Of a stretch of 64,000 nucleotides of DNA, positions 1 to 10,551 are shown piece after piece. Location: the NCBI GenBank assembly GCA_018269005.1, contig JAFDVK010000053.1, forward strand, positions 28,687-92,686. The letters are read 5' to 3'. Position 1 is the stretch's first letter. Each line of letters opens with the position of its first letter. The notes under the pieces were generated by a model. The model searched no databases, was not told where the DNA came from, and saw only the letters and a list, made by a program, of their open reading frames with translations. A program made the position numbers and the translations under genes. This DNA comes from Acidobacteriota bacterium (GTDB taxonomy: Bacteria; Acidobacteriota; Blastocatellia; Pyrinomonadales; Pyrinomonadaceae).

Positions 1-332
1 ACGTAGGCAACTTTGTCGAGTTAAAGAAAACACGCCTTGGGAAGGGCTCAAAGGCGAATCATCTGACATATCTCGGCGATGCGACCATCGGCGAAAAAAC
101 GAATATCGGAGCCGGTACGATCACCTGCAACTACGACGGCACGCACAAGCACCCGACAACGATCGGCGATAACGTCAAGATCGGCTCCGACACAATGCTC
201 GTCGCACCCGTCATTGTCGGCGACGGTGCCGCCACCGGTGCCGGAAGTGTAGTTACAAAGGACGTTCCGGCGAATTCTCTGGTTGCGGGCGTCCCCGCAA
301 AAGTGAAGAAGGTGGTCGCGAAAGAATCGTAA
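1..332 (+). CDS. glmU: GlmU C-terminal fragment (left-handed beta-helix acetyltransferase domain); 5' end lies outside the window
   Basis: Open from the window edge (frame 3) to TAA at 330-332. Translation ..[56 protein letters not shown] shows hexapeptide repeats typical of the GlmU C-terminus. It lies just upstream of glmS. It is missing from the ORF track because it has no start codon in the window. Confidence 0.85.
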   Translation, partial: VGNFVELKKTRLGKGSKANHLTYLGDATIGEKTNIGAGTITCNYDGTHKHPTTIGDNVKIGSDTMLVAPVIVGDGAATGAGSVVTKDVPANSLVAGVPAKVKKVVAKES

Positions 333-405
333 GCCATAATTTATTCTGACATTTTCAGGGGCTGCGGTTTTCTAAGGGCCTGCCTGAAACCTCGGAGAGA
401 ACCTT

Positions 406-747
406 ATGCAGAACCCCAATGACTGGATGCCGCCGCCTCCGCCGCAGGACGACTCGATGTTCAGTCCGCAAACGCGTGAGTTCTATGCAGAGCAGATCCG
501 AAAGGATTCTGTTAAAGCTCTTGTGTTGAGCCTGGTCGGTTTTGTTTGCTGTCCGCCGATCCTCGCTTATTTTGCTTGGAACACAGCACAGGAAGTAATC
601 TTGAACATCGATCTTTACCAGGTTGAGGAAGGTCGCAAGGGTATGGCCCAGGCGGCCAAGATCCTTGCTATCGTCTCGATCGCATTTTGGGTTCTCGGCG
701 TAATTTTCCGGGTCTTATTTGCGGCCGCCGGCAACGGCTCGTTCTAG
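406..747 (+). CDS. small Pro-rich / two-TM membrane protein, function unknown
   Basis: 113-aa ORF preceded by GGAGAG. It has two hydrophobic segments (ALVLSLVGFVCCPPILAYFAW, ILAIVSIAFWVLGVIFRVLFAAA). Confidence 0.6.
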   Translation: MQNPNDWMPPPPPQDDSMFSPQTREFYAEQIRKDSVKALVLSLVGFVCCPPILAYFAWNTAQEVILNIDLYQVEEGRKGMAQAAKILAIVSIAFWVLGVIFRVLFAAAGNGSF

Positions 748-826
748 ATCCCGTGACCACTAATAGCGTTTGCGAGCTTGCGAGGTGATTCAGGGTTTTG
801 TTCTATCGTAGAAGAATAAAATAGAT

Positions 827-2689
<1,863 letters not shown>

Positions 2690-2736
2690 ACACCGCGATC
2701 AGCTTCGAATTCTCACCGGTCAAGACTTTGATGCAG

Positions 2737-2788
2737 AACTCCGTAAGTGCGACCGCTAAAGGTCGTTCCTACGGAGTTTCTTCATTTT
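2737..2788 (+). terminator. intrinsic terminator-like hairpin between convergent genes
   Basis: AACTCCGTA (2737-2745) pairs with TACGGAGTT (2770-2778), with an inner GCGACC/GGTCGT stem, followed by TCTTCATTTT. Confidence 0.5.
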
Positions 2789-2825
2789 GGGTCGGCGTAC
2801 CGGGCAATTCAAATCGACGGTGTTC

Positions 2826-4163
2826 TCATTGATCCGCGATGATATTGAGATCATCCACATCCTTAATGGCCGTTAGCGGCTGTGTTGGCGGCGTGAAAGT
2901 GAACCGCTTCGATGCGACCGAGACAGTATATGTCGTCGCAGACTTCAGGCCTTGTGAGGCAGTAAACCTAAAGTAGCCGAAGCCGCTTGTCATCGTGTGC
3001 ACCGGAGCGGTTAGATCACCGCCCGATATCGTGATCATCGCGTTGCGAATGCCGGCTCCGGAGTTCGTCGTTACCCTTCCGCTGACACTGATCGGCCGCA
3101 CCGGAACCATTGCATAAGCATGAACTGCTCCGCTAACGACGCCGGTGCCGACGATCACATTGTCTTCGCTGATGCCCATTGCCGACGACGAAGTATTTGT
3201 CGAAAGGTCCCAGCCCGTTCCTGATGGGATCAGGTCCGCAACACGATAAGTTGCCGTCCCGTCGTAAAGGAAGGGAATCGCAAATGCGGAGGAAGCTGTC
3301 CCGACGACCCAGCCCGCAGAATTAACTGCGCGGCCCGAACCTTGTGTTGTACCTGTCGGGAGCGGTACCTCGACCATTCCGCCTGCCTGAGTCCAAATGA
3401 ACGGCAAGCCGGAGCCCTGATTCATCATGCTCGAACCGGTAACGTGCCCCGCGTTGCTGACACCAAAGGCGATCGCTCCGTTCGCATTCGGGAGCGCACC
3501 CACCTCCTCTGTGGTCGGGCTGCCGATGGTGTGGATGATACCGACATTGCGAGCCGCATTTGACGGATCGATGCCAAAACCGACAATCAGTGACGAATTG
3601 TTGATATCGAACGCCGTGCGGAAGAAACATCCGGTAGAGGTCGTTTGCAAGAGGTATGTGGCCGTGCTGCCGGTGTAAAACACGCCCACTTGTTGAGAAC
3701 CGCCATCGACCGAGCCCGCAGCGGTGCCGGACGAGTTCACGCCATTCGCGTCTCCAAGCGTCTCTCCTGAAGGCATCGGCAGCTGGCTTGCGACGCCGTT
3801 CTGCCAAACCACCGGCACTCTCCCGGAGCCAAAGACCGTTGTCGCACAAACACCGACAACCGTACCCGTATCGTTCGCGCTGTTGGCAACACAGTAGGGA
3901 AAACCGGACAGATTCGGCAAGCCTACGATCCCGCCTTTGAGCGTCCAAGTGAAGGCCTGCGAGCCGCCGCTTCTAAGCGAACGCCCAACGCCTACATTGC
4001 CGGGCGATATTCGAAATGCCTGTACCGAAGAGTCGCCGGATTGTACGACACCCATGTCGAAGATATTGTATGCCGGCGGCACAGTGGTCGTCTTGGCCTG
4101 TGCGATCAGCGAAACGGGGAGAAACAGAGAAACAACGAGAAAGAGAATCGGGCGAATACGCAT
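2826..4163 (-). CDS. secreted HAF-type extracellular repeat protein with C-terminal CarboxypepD_reg-like domain
   Basis: Signal peptide MRIRPILFLVVSLFLPVSLIAQA. Repeated G(V/I)N/S..G.VVG units (GVNSSGTAAGS, DINNSSLIVGFG, GVSNAGHVTGSS, AVNSAGWVVGTA, GISEDNVIVGTG). C-terminal VSGRVTTNSGAGIRNAMITI..GYFRF motif. Confidence 0.8.
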   Translation of the reverse strand: MRIRPILFLVVSLFLPVSLIAQAKTTTVPPAYNIFDMGVVQSGDSSVQAFRISPGNVGVGRSLRSGGSQAFTWTLKGGIVGLPNLSGFPYCVANSANDTGTVVGVCATTVFGSGRVPVVWQNGVASQLPMPSGETLGDANGVNSSGTAAGSVDGGSQQVGVFYTGSTATYLLQTTSTGCFFRTAFDINNSSLIVGFGIDPSNAARNVGIIHTIGSPTTEEVGALPNANGAIAFGVSNAGHVTGSSMMNQGSGLPFIWTQAGGMVEVPLPTGTTQGSGRAVNSAGWVVGTASSAFAIPFLYDGTATYRVADLIPSGTGWDLSTNTSSSAMGISEDNVIVGTGVVSGAVHAYAMVPVRPISVSGRVTTNSGAGIRNAMITISGGDLTAPVHTMTSGFGYFRFTASQGLKSATTYTVSVASKRFTFTPPTQPLTAIKDVDDLNIIADQ

Positions 4164-4315
4164 CTTGAGCCTCCTTTATTGCGAGAACAAGCTAGGTTCC
4201 AAGAACGGAACATCCGTTCTTGACGATGTTTAGGAATTTGGTGAACGGCAAGGAGTGTATCACATATGAACCTTTAGCAACACTCGAACCTTGTATCTGA
4301 TGTTAGACTGGGTCT

Positions 4316-5278
4316 ATGAAAGCGATCGTGATCCGTGAGTTCGGTTCTCCCGAGGTTTTGAAGCTCGAGGAAGTCGATCTGCCCTCTACAGGAACATCAC
4401 AAGTGCTCGTAAAGGTGGGTGCAGTCGGCGTAAACCCTGTGGATACTTATCTTAGATCGGGTGTATATCCGAAATTGCCGCCTCTACCTTACACGCCGGG
4501 CAAGGATTCTGCGGGTGTGGTCGAGGCCGTCGGCAGCGATGTTCGGGATGTTAAACCCGGCGACCGTGTTTACACTTCAGGTTCGCTCACGGGCACATAC
4601 GCGGAATATACGCTCTGCGAGGAAAGGGATGTCGCGCCGCTGCCGGACAACGTTACCTTCGAACAAGGTGCCGGCATCTGGACGCCTTATGCGACGGCTT
4701 TCCGGGCAATGTTTCAGAAGGCGAAGGCTGGACCCGGCGAATCCGTTCTGATACACGGCGCGTCGGGCGGTGTTGGGCTTGCTGCAATTCAATGGGCAAA
4801 AAATGCCGGTTTAAATGCCATCGGTACCGCGAGTTCGGCAGAAGGGAAGCAGCTTATCCTCGACAACGGAACAGATGCCGCTTTTGATCATTCCGAGGAA
4901 GGACATCTCGACGCGATCCTCGAGCACACCGGCGGCAAAGGCGTTGATGTCATCATCGAAATGCTTGCCAATGTCAACCTCGAACGCGATTTCAAGGCTC
5001 TCGCGATGTTCGGGCGGATCGTCATCGTTGGAAGCCGCGGAAGCTTGGAATTTTCGCCTCGGCTGACAATGGGCAAGGATGCGAGCATCTTCGGAATGTC
5101 GCTCTTTAATTACTCGGAATCCGACCGCCTCGAGATCCGCGACGCGGTATTCAGTGGCCTTTCGGACGGCTCGCTTAACCCGATCGTAAACCGTTCCTTC
5201 CCGCTCTCAGAAGCTCCGGCCGCACACGTTGCCGTTATCGAAACAAAAGCCGCCGGCAAGATCGTCCTCGTGCCTTAA
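4316..5278 (+). CDS. NADPH:quinone oxidoreductase / zeta-crystallin-type medium-chain dehydrogenase
   Basis: MKAIVIREFGSPEVLKLEEV.. N-terminus, GASGGVG nucleotide-binding motif, 320 aa. Confidence 0.9.
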   Translation: MKAIVIREFGSPEVLKLEEVDLPSTGTSQVLVKVGAVGVNPVDTYLRSGVYPKLPPLPYTPGKDSAGVVEAVGSDVRDVKPGDRVYTSGSLTGTYAEYTLCEERDVAPLPDNVTFEQGAGIWTPYATAFRAMFQKAKAGPGESVLIHGASGGVGLAAIQWAKNAGLNAIGTASSAEGKQLILDNGTDAAFDHSEEGHLDAILEHTGGKGVDVIIEMLANVNLERDFKALAMFGRIVIVGSRGSLEFSPRLTMGKDASIFGMSLFNYSESDRLEIRDAVFSGLSDGSLNPIVNRSFPLSEAPAAHVAVIETKAAGKIVLVP

Positions 5279-5334
5279 CTTTCTGAAAGATAGTGTATTC
5301 GCAGCGTCCGTCTGCCAGCCTCGGCAGGACCGAG

Positions 5335-5424
5335 TTGTGCATTTCGTGCAAATCGTGCGTTTTGTGCACTTTGATACATTCTGTGCGGTTTGTGCTTCAA
5401 ACAGGCGCGCCGTTTCGCTATGAT
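5335..5424 (+). promoter_or_regulatory. promoter-like cassette, copy C: 9-mer GTGC repeats, then TTCAAA-N17-TATGAT
   Basis: GTGCATTTC GTGCAAATC GTGCGTTTT GTGCACTTT GATACATTC TGTGCGGTT TGTGC, then TTCAAA (5396-5401), a 17-nt spacer, and TATGAT (5419-5424). Three other loci share this architecture. Confidence 0.4.
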
Positions 5425-5460
5425 GACAAGACGGCCGAAACGGCCGTTGGTCTTTGACAA

Positions 5461-5560
5461 AGTTGTTCATTGTTCATTGTTCGTTGTTCATTGTTCGTTG
5501 TTCGTTGGTTTTTGGCCTTGGTCATCGGTCTTTGGCCTTTGTCTTTGGTCTTTGCGGCTT
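5461..5560. repeat. heptamer tandem repeats (TTGTTCR)n then (TCTTTGG)n-like
   Basis: The sequence agttgttcattgttcattgttcgttgttcattgttcgttgttcgttgg, followed by tttttggccttggtcatcggtctttggcctttgtctttggtctttg, can be read directly. Confidence 0.8.
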
Positions 5561-5597
5561 GCCGCATAGGGGCATAGCCCAGAAGATCTTCTCAGTT

Positions 5598-6640
5598 TTG
5601 TCGGCGGCAATGCCTTAGTCCCCGTAGGGGACAAATATAATAGCCCAGGGTAAGGCCGCCTCGGCCGCAACCCTGGGTTACCGTGCCCAAATAATGCTGG
5701 AGCGTGCGGAGCACGCGACAGAGTAATTTGTCGGCGGCGAGCCGCCTCCAGAAGGGTCGGTGTACGCTCATCGGTCGGGCAAGCCCGACCGCACTGCGAA
5801 AGGGCAAGCCCTGAAAATGCTCTCAGTCTTGTCGGCGGCAATGCCTTAGTCCCCGTAGGGGACAAAGAATATAGCCCAGGGTAAGGCCGAAGGCCGCCAC
5901 CCTGGGCAATCGTGGGCAAAACAACCTCGGAGCATGCGGAGCACGCGACAAGAAGTCGGCGGCAAGCCGCCTCCAAAAGGGTCGGTGTACGCTCATCGGT
6001 CGGGCGAGCCCGACCGCACTGCGAGAGGGCATAGCCCAGAAGATGTTCTCGGTTCTCAGCTTTTGTCGGCGGCAATGTCTTAGTCCCCGTAGGGGACAAA
6101 TATAATAGCCCAGGGTAAGGCCGCCTCGGCCGCAACCCTGGGAACCCGTCGCAAAATAGTTTAATGGAGCTCCGTTAGGAGCGACAGGATCTTGTCGGCG
6201 GCAAGCCGCCTCCGAGGATTCATTTGCCGTCGTCACCCACGCCGTAAACGACGTGGCTATGCGAGGCCATTGTCGGCGGCAAGCCGCCTCCAAGAGAACT
6301 GAAAACGGAGAATTGAGAATGGAAAATGTGGTCTGATATTTTTTTGCGAAATTCTGGGACAAATCACATAAGTGATTGACAACACATCACTTATTTGTCC
6401 CACGAGTTGTCCCACGAGAGTCTTGGCTGGGACAAAAGGCGGCCATGCGGCGGCAAGCCGCCTCCGAGGTTGGTTTTGGGGCAGGGTTCCACGGCATAAA
6501 TGCCGTGGCAATTCGGGGGGAGTTGCGTTGAGTGTTACGCCCTTACTGACGTGCGGGCTTCTGCAACCCCGCCCGCTGACGCAGGCGGTACTGACAGGGA
6601 CTGACCGGCCCGCTCACGCAGGCGGTACTGACAGGGACTG
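5598..6640. repeat. REP/BIME-like array of stacked hairpin modules (cluster 1)
   Basis: Three composite units start at 5598, 5829 and 6063 (TTGTCGGCGGCAATGCCTTAGTCCCCGTAGGGGAC..AGCCCAGGGTAAGGCCGC..). There are at least 5 copies of GTCGGCGGC(A/G)AGCCGCCTCC (5729-5749, 5955-5974, 6193-6213, 6271-6291, 6447-6465). Further hairpins include GGTCGGGC-AA-GCCCGACC and CGTGC-GGA-GCACG. Confidence 0.85.
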
Positions 6641-6648
6641 TCCGCTGG

Positions 6649-8508
6649 CTAGCTTTCTTCGAGTGCTTCGAACACCTGGAGGGCATATTTCACGTTGCCG
6701 AAAGGTGCCGAGACCTGAACGCCCTGAATGGCGTCGCGGACCTCAAGCAGCGATTCGCGTGCGATCACGATGCCTTCCTCGCGTGCGTGTTCTTTGCTCT
6801 TGTCGGACGCTATTCGCATCCTTTCGAGGATCTCCTGCGTTACATTCACGCCGGGAACTTCGTTGTGCATGAATTCGGCGTTTCGATACGAGATCAGCGG
6901 CCAGATGCCTGCGACTACGGGCACGCGAACGTGCGAGATGCGTTCGAGAAAGTGCCGAAGCTGATCGGTATCAAAAACGGGCTGCGTGATCGCATATTCG
7001 GCACCGGCTTCGACCTTCCACTCGAATCGGCGAATTTCTTCGTCGAGATTTACGGCTCCGGGATTTACGCCGACGCCGATCGAGAATTCGGTAGGCTTGC
7101 CGATCGGATTGTTGCCGAGATCGAGCCCGTGATTGAGCTTGTTGGCCATGTTCGTGAGGCCGATGGAGTCGATGTCAAAAACGGCGGTCGCGTCCGGATA
7201 CGGCCCCATTTTCGGCGGGTCGCCTGTGATGAGCAGCAAGTTGTGCAGCCCCAAAGCGGCGGCACCGAGAAGATCGGACATCATTCCGAGCAGATTGCGG
7301 TCGCGGCAGCAGTAATGGAGGACAGGTTCGATGCCGACCTTTTCCTGCACGAGAACGGCGGTCGCAAGGGCCGACATACGCGTTTGGGCTCGCGGGCCGT
7401 CAGGGATGTTCACGCCGTCAACACCTTCCTCGTGCAGGAGCCTGATCGATTCGAGTGTCTTTTCCGCGTCGCAGCCTTTCGGCGGGAGAACTTCGACAGA
7501 AGTGACGAACTCGCCGCGGGCGATCTTGCGGGACCAGCCGCTGCGGTCTTCTCTTCGGACCACGTGAATGTCCGGCGGCTTGATGTCGGATACGGAGACG
7601 ATCTGGCGGCGTGCTTCGCTGATCGCCTGGCGAGGGCTGATCGAGCGGACGGCATCGGCGATGAGCTTGATATGCGTCGGCGTGGTGCCGCAGCAGCCGC
7701 CGATGAATCTTGCACCGGCCGAGACAAAACGCTTTGCGAAGGTCGCCATATATTCGGGCGAACCCATATAGAACTGTCGGCCTTGCACGTCACGCGGAAG
7801 GCCTGCGTTAGGCTGGGCCGAAAGATCTTTCTCGGTTACGGCACGCATCTTTTCGAGAGCGTTCAAGAGGTGATTCGGCCCCATTCCACAATTCAGTCCG
7901 ACGATGTCGGCACCGAGTTCGTCGAGGCGTTTCGCGATGGTTTCCGGCGTGGTTCCAAACGCCGTTTTGCCGTCCATCTGGATCGTCATTTGGGCGACGA
8001 TCGGCAGGTCGCTCACTTCGCGGACGGCCCTGATGGCCTGCTCGATGATCTCAAGTTCCGAGAATGTTTCGAGGACGAAGAGATCGACGCCGCCTTCGAG
8101 CAAGGCGTTGACCTGTTCGAGATAGAAGCCTTTGGCCTCATCAAAAGATGTCGGGCCGAAAGGCTCGATGCGAAGGCCGAGCGGGCCGATCGCACCCGCG
8201 ACGAATGCCTTTTCGCCCGCGGCCTGCCGAGCGATCCGTACGGCCGCAACGTTGATCTCGTGAAGCTTTGATTCGAGCCCGTACGGCTGGAGTTTCGGGC
8301 GCGTCGCTCCGAACGTGTTCGTCTCGATGACATCGGCACCCGCGGCAACATATTCGTCGTGCACTTCCTTGACGAGATCGGGCTGCGTTAGATTCAGCTC
8401 GTCGTAGCTGCGGTTAATGTAGATGCCTTTGTCGTACAGGCGAGTGCCGACGGCGCCGTCAAAGACGTAAACACCTTCGCCGCCGACAAGGTCGCGAAAC
8501 TTTTTCAT
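6649..8508 (-). CDS. bifunctional homocysteine S-methyltransferase / 5,10-methylenetetrahydrofolate reductase (YitJ-like)
   Basis: The N-terminal Hcy-binding domain (..FDGAVGTRLY..ADVIETNTFGA..GGCCGTTP) is fused to a MetF-like C-terminal half (..EVLPPKG..HYCCRDRN..LLITGDPP..). The 619-aa length matches the B. subtilis YitJ architecture. Confidence 0.92.
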   Translation of the reverse strand: MKKFRDLVGGEGVYVFDGAVGTRLYDKGIYINRSYDELNLTQPDLVKEVHDEYVAAGADVIETNTFGATRPKLQPYGLESKLHEINVAAVRIARQAAGEKAFVAGAIGPLGLRIEPFGPTSFDEAKGFYLEQVNALLEGGVDLFVLETFSELEIIEQAIRAVREVSDLPIVAQMTIQMDGKTAFGTTPETIAKRLDELGADIVGLNCGMGPNHLLNALEKMRAVTEKDLSAQPNAGLPRDVQGRQFYMGSPEYMATFAKRFVSAGARFIGGCCGTTPTHIKLIADAVRSISPRQAISEARRQIVSVSDIKPPDIHVVRREDRSGWSRKIARGEFVTSVEVLPPKGCDAEKTLESIRLLHEEGVDGVNIPDGPRAQTRMSALATAVLVQEKVGIEPVLHYCCRDRNLLGMMSDLLGAAALGLHNLLLITGDPPKMGPYPDATAVFDIDSIGLTNMANKLNHGLDLGNNPIGKPTEFSIGVGVNPGAVNLDEEIRRFEWKVEAGAEYAITQPVFDTDQLRHFLERISHVRVPVVAGIWPLISYRNAEFMHNEVPGVNVTQEILERMRIASDKSKEHAREEGIVIARESLLEVRDAIQGVQVSAPFGNVKYALQVFEALEES

Positions 8509-8546
8509 AAAAACCCTAAAAAGGCCTCGCCAAACCAGCGAGACCT
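8509..8546 (-). terminator. terminator/attenuator-like hairpin plus U-run abutting the start codon of the YitJ-like gene
   Basis: The minus strand reads GGTCTCGC-TGGTTTG-GCGAGGCC (plus-strand 8523-8546), then TTTTTAGGGTTTTT directly before the ATG at 8508. Confidence 0.5.
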
Positions 8547-8634
8547 TTTCAAAAACTTTGAATGTGCGTCAGCTGTTTAGCGGTTTATTTAACGTGGTCG
8601 CAAGTCGCAATAACTCACCACGATGTATATATCG

Positions 8635-8663
8635 ATATTGTGCCTTTCAACGCGTGGTGTCAA
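8635..8663 (-). promoter_or_regulatory. sigma70-like promoter TTGACA-N17-CAATAT
   Basis: On the minus strand, TTGACA (8663-8658), a 17-nt spacer, and CAATAT (8640-8635). It lies just downstream of the mutM stop and about 125 nt upstream of the YitJ-like start. Confidence 0.4.
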
Positions 8664-8676
8664 GGAGTTACGGGGC

Positions 8677-9504
8677 CTATCGGCGTTGGCAGACGCTGCA
8701 AAAGTAGGTCGAGCGGCCGCCGTGGGTGATCCGTTTGATCGGGTTCGAGCAACTTTCGCACGGTCCGCCTTCGCGGTCGTAAACGAGCCAGCGGCCATTT
8801 TCAGGAGCGTAGTTGCCGTTGATGTTACGTGGGTCGAGCTTGCCCTTTTTCGACATATTGAGAGCTTGCTCAAGCGTGAATATGATCGCCACAAAAAGGC
8901 GTTCGGCACGGGGCCGTGAGATTCGATCCGTTCTGACCGAAGGATGAATGCACGCCGCGAACATCACCTCAGCTGCGTAGATATTGCCGAGGCCCGTAAC
9001 CTTTGTCTGGTCGATGAGAAATTCTTTCAGCGTGCGGCGTGAGGCTTTGAGCGAGCGATGAAACTGATCGACGCTAAATTCTTCGCTAAAAGGTTCGGGT
9101 GCGAGCTTTGCGATCTCGGGGGAAGTTACGATGTCGGCAGTTTTGACGATCTTCATCAGCCCGAAATGCCGCTGATCGTCGAATACGAGCCGCTGGCCGT
9201 CGGTAAGCTGAAATACTGCGTGCGCGAATTTCGGGTCATCATCCTCCGCATCAAGGATCATAAATCGCCCGCTCATACGAAGATGCACGAGCAAGGTTCG
9301 CGAATTGTTGAGCTCGATGAGAATGTATTTTCCGCGCCGGCGAACATTGGAGATAGTAGAATTTCGCAGTTGCCGCGAAAATACGTCCGGCGGCGTCGAT
9401 CGAGCGAGTTTTGCTCGAACGAGAACGGCCTTTTCGACTGTTCTGCCCCTAAGAAGGCGGTGGAGTTGGCGTGCGACGAGATCGACTTCGGGCAGTTCGG
9501 GCAT
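8677..9504 (-). CDS. mutM: formamidopyrimidine-DNA glycosylase
   Basis: MPELPEV N-terminus (catalytic Pro2, Glu3), H2TH region, C-terminal zinc finger C..C..(x)..CSVCQ. 275 aa. Confidence 0.95.
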   Translation of the reverse strand: MPELPEVDLVARQLHRLLRGRTVEKAVLVRAKLARSTPPDVFSRQLRNSTISNVRRRGKYILIELNNSRTLLVHLRMSGRFMILDAEDDDPKFAHAVFQLTDGQRLVFDDQRHFGLMKIVKTADIVTSPEIAKLAPEPFSEEFSVDQFHRSLKASRRTLKEFLIDQTKVTGLGNIYAAEVMFAACIHPSVRTDRISRPRAERLFVAIIFTLEQALNMSKKGKLDPRNINGNYAPENGRWLVYDREGGPCESCSNPIKRITHGGRSTYFCSVCQRR

Positions 9505-9510
9505 TTGACG

Positions 9511-10551
9511 TTACACGCGTGTGTAGTCCGTGAGTTGTGTCTTATCGCCAAGGATCGCGCCGTTGCTGACGATCGCCTTGCGGCCGATATGGCAGCTCTT
9601 GCCGACGACGGAATCGCGTACGACGGCACCGGCAGCGATACGGGTATGCGGCCAGATCACCGAATTTTCTACGACGGCCCGCTCCTCGACCAGGACGCCG
9701 CGGCCAAGGACGGAACAGCGGATCTCGGCACCGGGCTTTATATTGCAATCTTCGGCGAGCCGGGACAGATCGTCCACGACCGCCGCGGTCGCGATGTCGG
9801 AGTCCGAATTTTCCGCAAGTTCGAACCCGCGGATCTTGCCGGTGAGCAGATCGAGATTCGCTGTCAGATATGTTGCCGGCGTACCGATATCGCTCCAATA
9901 TGTCGATTCGATCACGTGGCCGTAGAACGGCAGCCCGCGTTCGATGATCTCGGGCATTATCTGGGTTTCGAACGAGCGGTTCTCCCCTTTTGGTGCGAGC
10001 GAGAGAACTTCGGGTTCGAGGATATAGATGCCGGCGTTGATCGTGTTCACGCCCAGTGCCGCCGCTTCTTCGGGTTTCGGTTTTTCGAGGAAACGAGTGA
10101 TCGCACCATCGGCGGTCGTCTCGACGAGGCCGTAACGCGATGTATCTTCGACGCGGGTAAGGGTCAAGGTCGCGGTCGCATTACGCGCACGGTGCGTTTC
10201 GATCACGGCTCCGAGGTCGATGTCTGTCAGAATGTCGCCGTTGACGACAACGGTCGTCGTATCGCAGCCGTCCGCGGCGAACCTATACGCTCCGCCCGTA
10301 CCCAGAGGCGTTTCTTCGGTGATATAGCTCACGCGTACGCCAAGATCGCTTCCATCACCCCAAAAATGCTCGATCTTGTCCGGCTGATAGCTGAGCGAGA
10401 TCGCGATGTCCGTTACGCCGGCGCGCCTCAATACCTCGATCTGGTATTCGAGGAAAGGGCGATTGACGACGGGAACGATCGGCTTCGGCGTATAGATGGT
10501 GAGCGGCCGAAGCCGCGTGCCTTTTCCACCTGCTAGAATGACTGCCTTCAT
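9511..10551 (-). CDS. NDP-sugar pyrophosphorylase (mannose-1-phosphate guanylyltransferase-like) with C-terminal LbH domain
   Basis: MKAVILAGGKGTRLRPLT signature. Start moved from 10599 (track) to the ATG at 10551, which gives the canonical N-terminus. Confidence 0.88.
   Translation of the reverse strand: MKAVILAGGKGTRLRPLTIYTPKPIVPVVNRPFLEYQIEVLRRAGVTDIAISLSYQPDKIEHFWGDGSDLGVRVSYITEETPLGTGGAYRFAADGCDTTTVVVNGDILTDIDLGAVIETHRARNATATLTLTRVEDTSRYGLVETTADGAITRFLEKPKPEEAAALGVNTINAGIYILEPEVLSLAPKGENRSFETQIMPEIIERGLPFYGHVIESTYWSDIGTPATYLTANLDLLTGKIRGFELAENSDSDIATAAVVDDLSRLAEDCNIKPGAEIRCSVLGRGVLVEERAVVENSVIWPHTRIAAGAVVRDSVVGKSCHIGRKAIVSNGAILGDKTQLTDYTRV

Noticed and set aside
748-826. glmS ribozyme upstream of glmS
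   Set aside because: Only 79 nt of intergenic sequence is available, and no recognisable ribozyme core is present.
5560-6640. Possible CRISPR array, because of regularly recurring GC-rich palindromic repeats
   Set aside because: The repeating unit is about 231-234 bp and consists of several different hairpin modules rather than one 25-40-nt repeat with unique spacers. The same modules recur inverted at 22 kb. There are no cas genes and no leader.
5488-6872. Track ORFs 5488..6135, 5823..6362, 6257..6511 and 6372..6872 as protein genes
   Set aside because: They lie entirely in the hairpin/tandem-repeat array. Their translations are repeat-derived and low-complexity (recurring PYPGL.YLSPTGTK, LAADK) and overlap each other on both strands.
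6787-8271. 494-aa ORF on the plus strand inside the YitJ-like gene. Similar long antisense ORFs are 9058..10536, 30779..31753, 32509..33450, 35543..36349, 41995..42708, 43816..44754, 45919..46656, 52587..53336, 53486..54175 and 61810..62814.
   Set aside because: These are shadow ORFs typical of GC-rich DNA. In each case the opposite strand carries unmistakable family motifs (Hcy-MT/MetF, MutM, UXS, e(P4), MATE, M14, PolA, Lnt, RF2, RadA), while the antisense translations are Arg/Asp/Gly-rich with no motifs.
8509-8676. SAM-I (S-box) riboswitch in the YitJ-like leader
   Set aside because: I could not find the conserved S-box elements (for example GAGGGA or GCAACC-type segments). The leader is kept only as an unclassified attenuator candidate.
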